DNA from: Psammoneis japonica | Lineage: Eukaryota | NCBI GenBank assembly: GCA_008632985.1 | Contig: QPGO01000594.1 | Span: 1 to 39,021, forward strand | Reading direction: 5' to 3' | Length of the DNA: 39,021 bases | Shown here: one piece after another, positions 36,925-39,021 of the stretch | How the letters are laid out: each line of letters starts with the position of its first letter | Position numbering within the stretch: the first letter of the stretch is position 1 | Notes under the pieces: generated by a model | What the model was told of the DNA's origin: nothing | Databases searched by the model: none | Seen by the model: the letters and a program-made list of their open reading frames with translations, nothing else | Translations under genes and position numbers: made by a program

Positions 36925-39021
36925 CAAGAACAAGCATGTGAGGTGAGAAATTGGGCTTCATTGAAAACCTCTGCTGCTGTGATTTTGCACATTCATCACC
37001 AACATTCATCCAGTCCATCAAGTTGTGCATGTTTGCACACAAACGTCAGAGCCACACTCACCACTCTCAAGGCTGCAGCATTCAGATAGGGTGAGATGTG
37101 GCTCAACCCCAGAGCCATGATTGCAAACATTTTCAGCTTTGCTGCTGTGCAACGGTGTGACCATGATTCTCACCTGCCCACTCCAACTGCTTCTCTCTTT
37201 GACACACACTCATTTCATCAAAAGTGAGTGGCATTGAGCCCTTTTGGCTTGTTTGCTCATCATCCTTCTTGGCATTTTTCTTCCTTGTGTGCAAAATTTC
37301 CACACAAGTTTCAGCACAATCTCCACACATTCCGAAAGTCAACTTGCCAAACTGTTGACTGCTCTCCATCCATGCCTCTCAGGTGTCAGTGACCCAAATT
37401 CTGTCCATTGTCAATTTAAGTTCCATGCTTCACATGGTGAACAACCTTCTGTTGTTGTTGCTCTTCAAAGTTTTGTCATCCATTTGCTTCTCCCATTGGC
37501 TTTTCCTTGCAAGATCTGGCACTGTTTCTGTGTGACACCACTGACAATCTGTGTGTCACTTCTCTGGACTGCTTTTGTCCTTGCCAATTGGCCCCCAATG
37601 CTGCTTCTTTTCCTGCTGTTCAATCAAATCCTTCACTCTTGGGGTGAATGGCTGCTTCTGTTGTGGCCTTTCCAGCAAGAATGCAAGTCATCCTGTGGCA
37701 TCATTTGATTGTCATCCTGTTTGCTGCTCCCATCAGCTTTTCTGCACAAGACCTGGCACTGTTTCAACATGCAACAAATGTTTTCTTGTCTCACCTTCAC
37801 GGCTTCTTTTGCAAACTCTTTTAACAACCTGTCCAAATGCAATTGTCCTTTGCAGTTGTGGTGTGCATTCCATGGCTGTCATCAGCAAGCACACAATGAA
37901 TTCCTCATGTGAGTCATTCCTTTTCAGTTGTTTTGGTGAGGTATCACCTTCTGGTGGTGCCCATTCTGGCCAATCCCATGCAAGCTCCTGCTGCACTGAA
38001 GCAGTGCACTGGGAGTGTGGGTCAGCTGGCACCGGCGTGGCTGGCAATGGAGTGACTGCAATTGCAATTCAGATTTCTTTTTTTTTTGGTTCACTGGGGG
38101 TGTGGGTTGCTTGTTGTCAGAGTTGCAGGATGGAAGCAAGCAGCAGTTTAAGTGCAGATTTTGGGTTTTGCTTTGCTTTGACTGATGCAAGCAGCACAAA
38201 GCAGTGTGACTGCCTTGAAGTGCAGATCAGGAAGAGCAGTGTGCAACCCCACGAATGACATGTTGTGATGTGGCACTTGCTTCACTGTCAATGGAAAGAC
38301 AGCAAGCAAACCCCTCAACAAGAAGCTGTGTGCCTCAGGTTGCAGCAGCAGCAAAGCACATGCCCCATTCATTCCATCCAATGAGCGGCTCTGACAAAGG
38401 CAAGATGCCCGAGTTGTCACTCAGCTGTGCTGAGGCAAAGCAAGGAAGACAAATCAGATGTTGGTAAAAAGGAACCTCTTCTCCAGTCTCCTGGGATCAG
38501 CTGGTCAGGAATTCACTCAAAGTGATGCAGAGATGTTTGTCCAAGCACTGGTCAAAACAAAGAGAAGAGAGGCAGAGTTGGGTGCAATGCAAACTGGCAT
38601 CTCCAAGAGAGCTGCTTTTGCTGCCAGTTTGTGTCTTGAAACAACAAAAAAAAATGACAAAAGACAGAAAAAGAAAGTTCTGTGGTTGCATCAACTCTGT
38701 CAATGCCAGCAGCAACAAAGGGAAAAGCAAAAAAAATCTTTGTTCACCCATGGTGTGACCCATGTTGTGCCAGTTGCATCGTGACAAATGGCTTGTGCAC
38801 AATCACATCTGGCACACATCAACCACCTTTGTGTGCATGTTGGTCAGGAGGGGTGCAGAGGTGCACTTGCAGGGATTCAATGGGGTCCCTGTGTGCAAGT
38901 TCATGGTGCAGTGTCTGCCCTTGGGCAGATCAAAACATGGTTGCAGGCACACACTGTCAAAGCCATGTGCATCCATGGTGTTTGTTGGGCTGTTCTCAAC
39001 TGAGAAATGTTGTTCACTTTG
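36925..39021 (+). repeat. Segmental repeat unit, copy 4 (runs off window)
   Basis: Collinear with 19443-21548 and ends in the same deletion junction CTTGAGAAATGTTGTTCACTTTG seen in copy 3. Confidence 0.93.

Noticed and set aside
6900..39021. 6mA-driven mutation as the cause of TpA loss
   Set aside because: Characterised algal and ciliate 6mA lies in ApT context; ApT remains abundant here and all LTR changes centre on TpA or CpG.
6900..39021. GC-biased gene conversion or ADAR-type RNA editing as the cause
   Set aside because: gBGC is not dinucleotide-specific, and the LTR pair has no AT->GC change outside TpA-type sites. RNA editing would be strand-biased and copied to both LTRs, and would not affect the DNA-transposon-like segments.
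7000..39021. Cys/His-rich ORFs as metal-binding or zinc-finger proteins
   Set aside because: The composition follows from TG/CA excess. Only the CCHC gag knuckle is accepted, because it has exact spacing and the right context.
1..39021. CRISPR arrays, tRNA genes, telomeric repeats, prokaryotic operons
   Set aside because: No regularly spaced repeat-spacer array, cloverleaf or TTAGGG tract was seen, and the sequence is eukaryotic.

Overview
Eukaryotic nuclear DNA, most likely from a pennate diatom judging by 18S/5.8S signatures. Bases 1-~5.1 kb hold one rDNA unit on the minus strand (28S partial, 900-N gap, 5.8S partial, ITS1, 18S, 5' ETS). About 1.8 kb of spacer-like DNA follows, then ~32 kb of decayed transposon DNA. 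That block is a head-to-tail array of a ~9 kb mosaic unit (Copia-like gag/PR/IN, a Plavaka-like transposase fragment, a candidate TET/JBP-like 2OG-Fe(II) dioxygenase, a solo LTR, unknown ORFs) plus a Ty3/Gypsy element with both LTRs and a TSD. The main signal is that from ~7 kb onward TpA is almost absent and CpG is strongly reduced, both converted to TpG/CpA. The two Gypsy LTRs differ only at TpA/CpG-type sites plus one indel: 21 of 23 TpA in the 5' LTR read TpG or CpA in the 3' LTR. This points to a fast, repeat-targeted TpA->TpG/CpA hypermutation running opposite to fungal RIP, which spares the rDNA. I see no intact protein-coding gene; most six-frame ORFs are artefacts of TAA/TAG loss. All counts are by hand and all protein assignments are motif recognition, not database searches.
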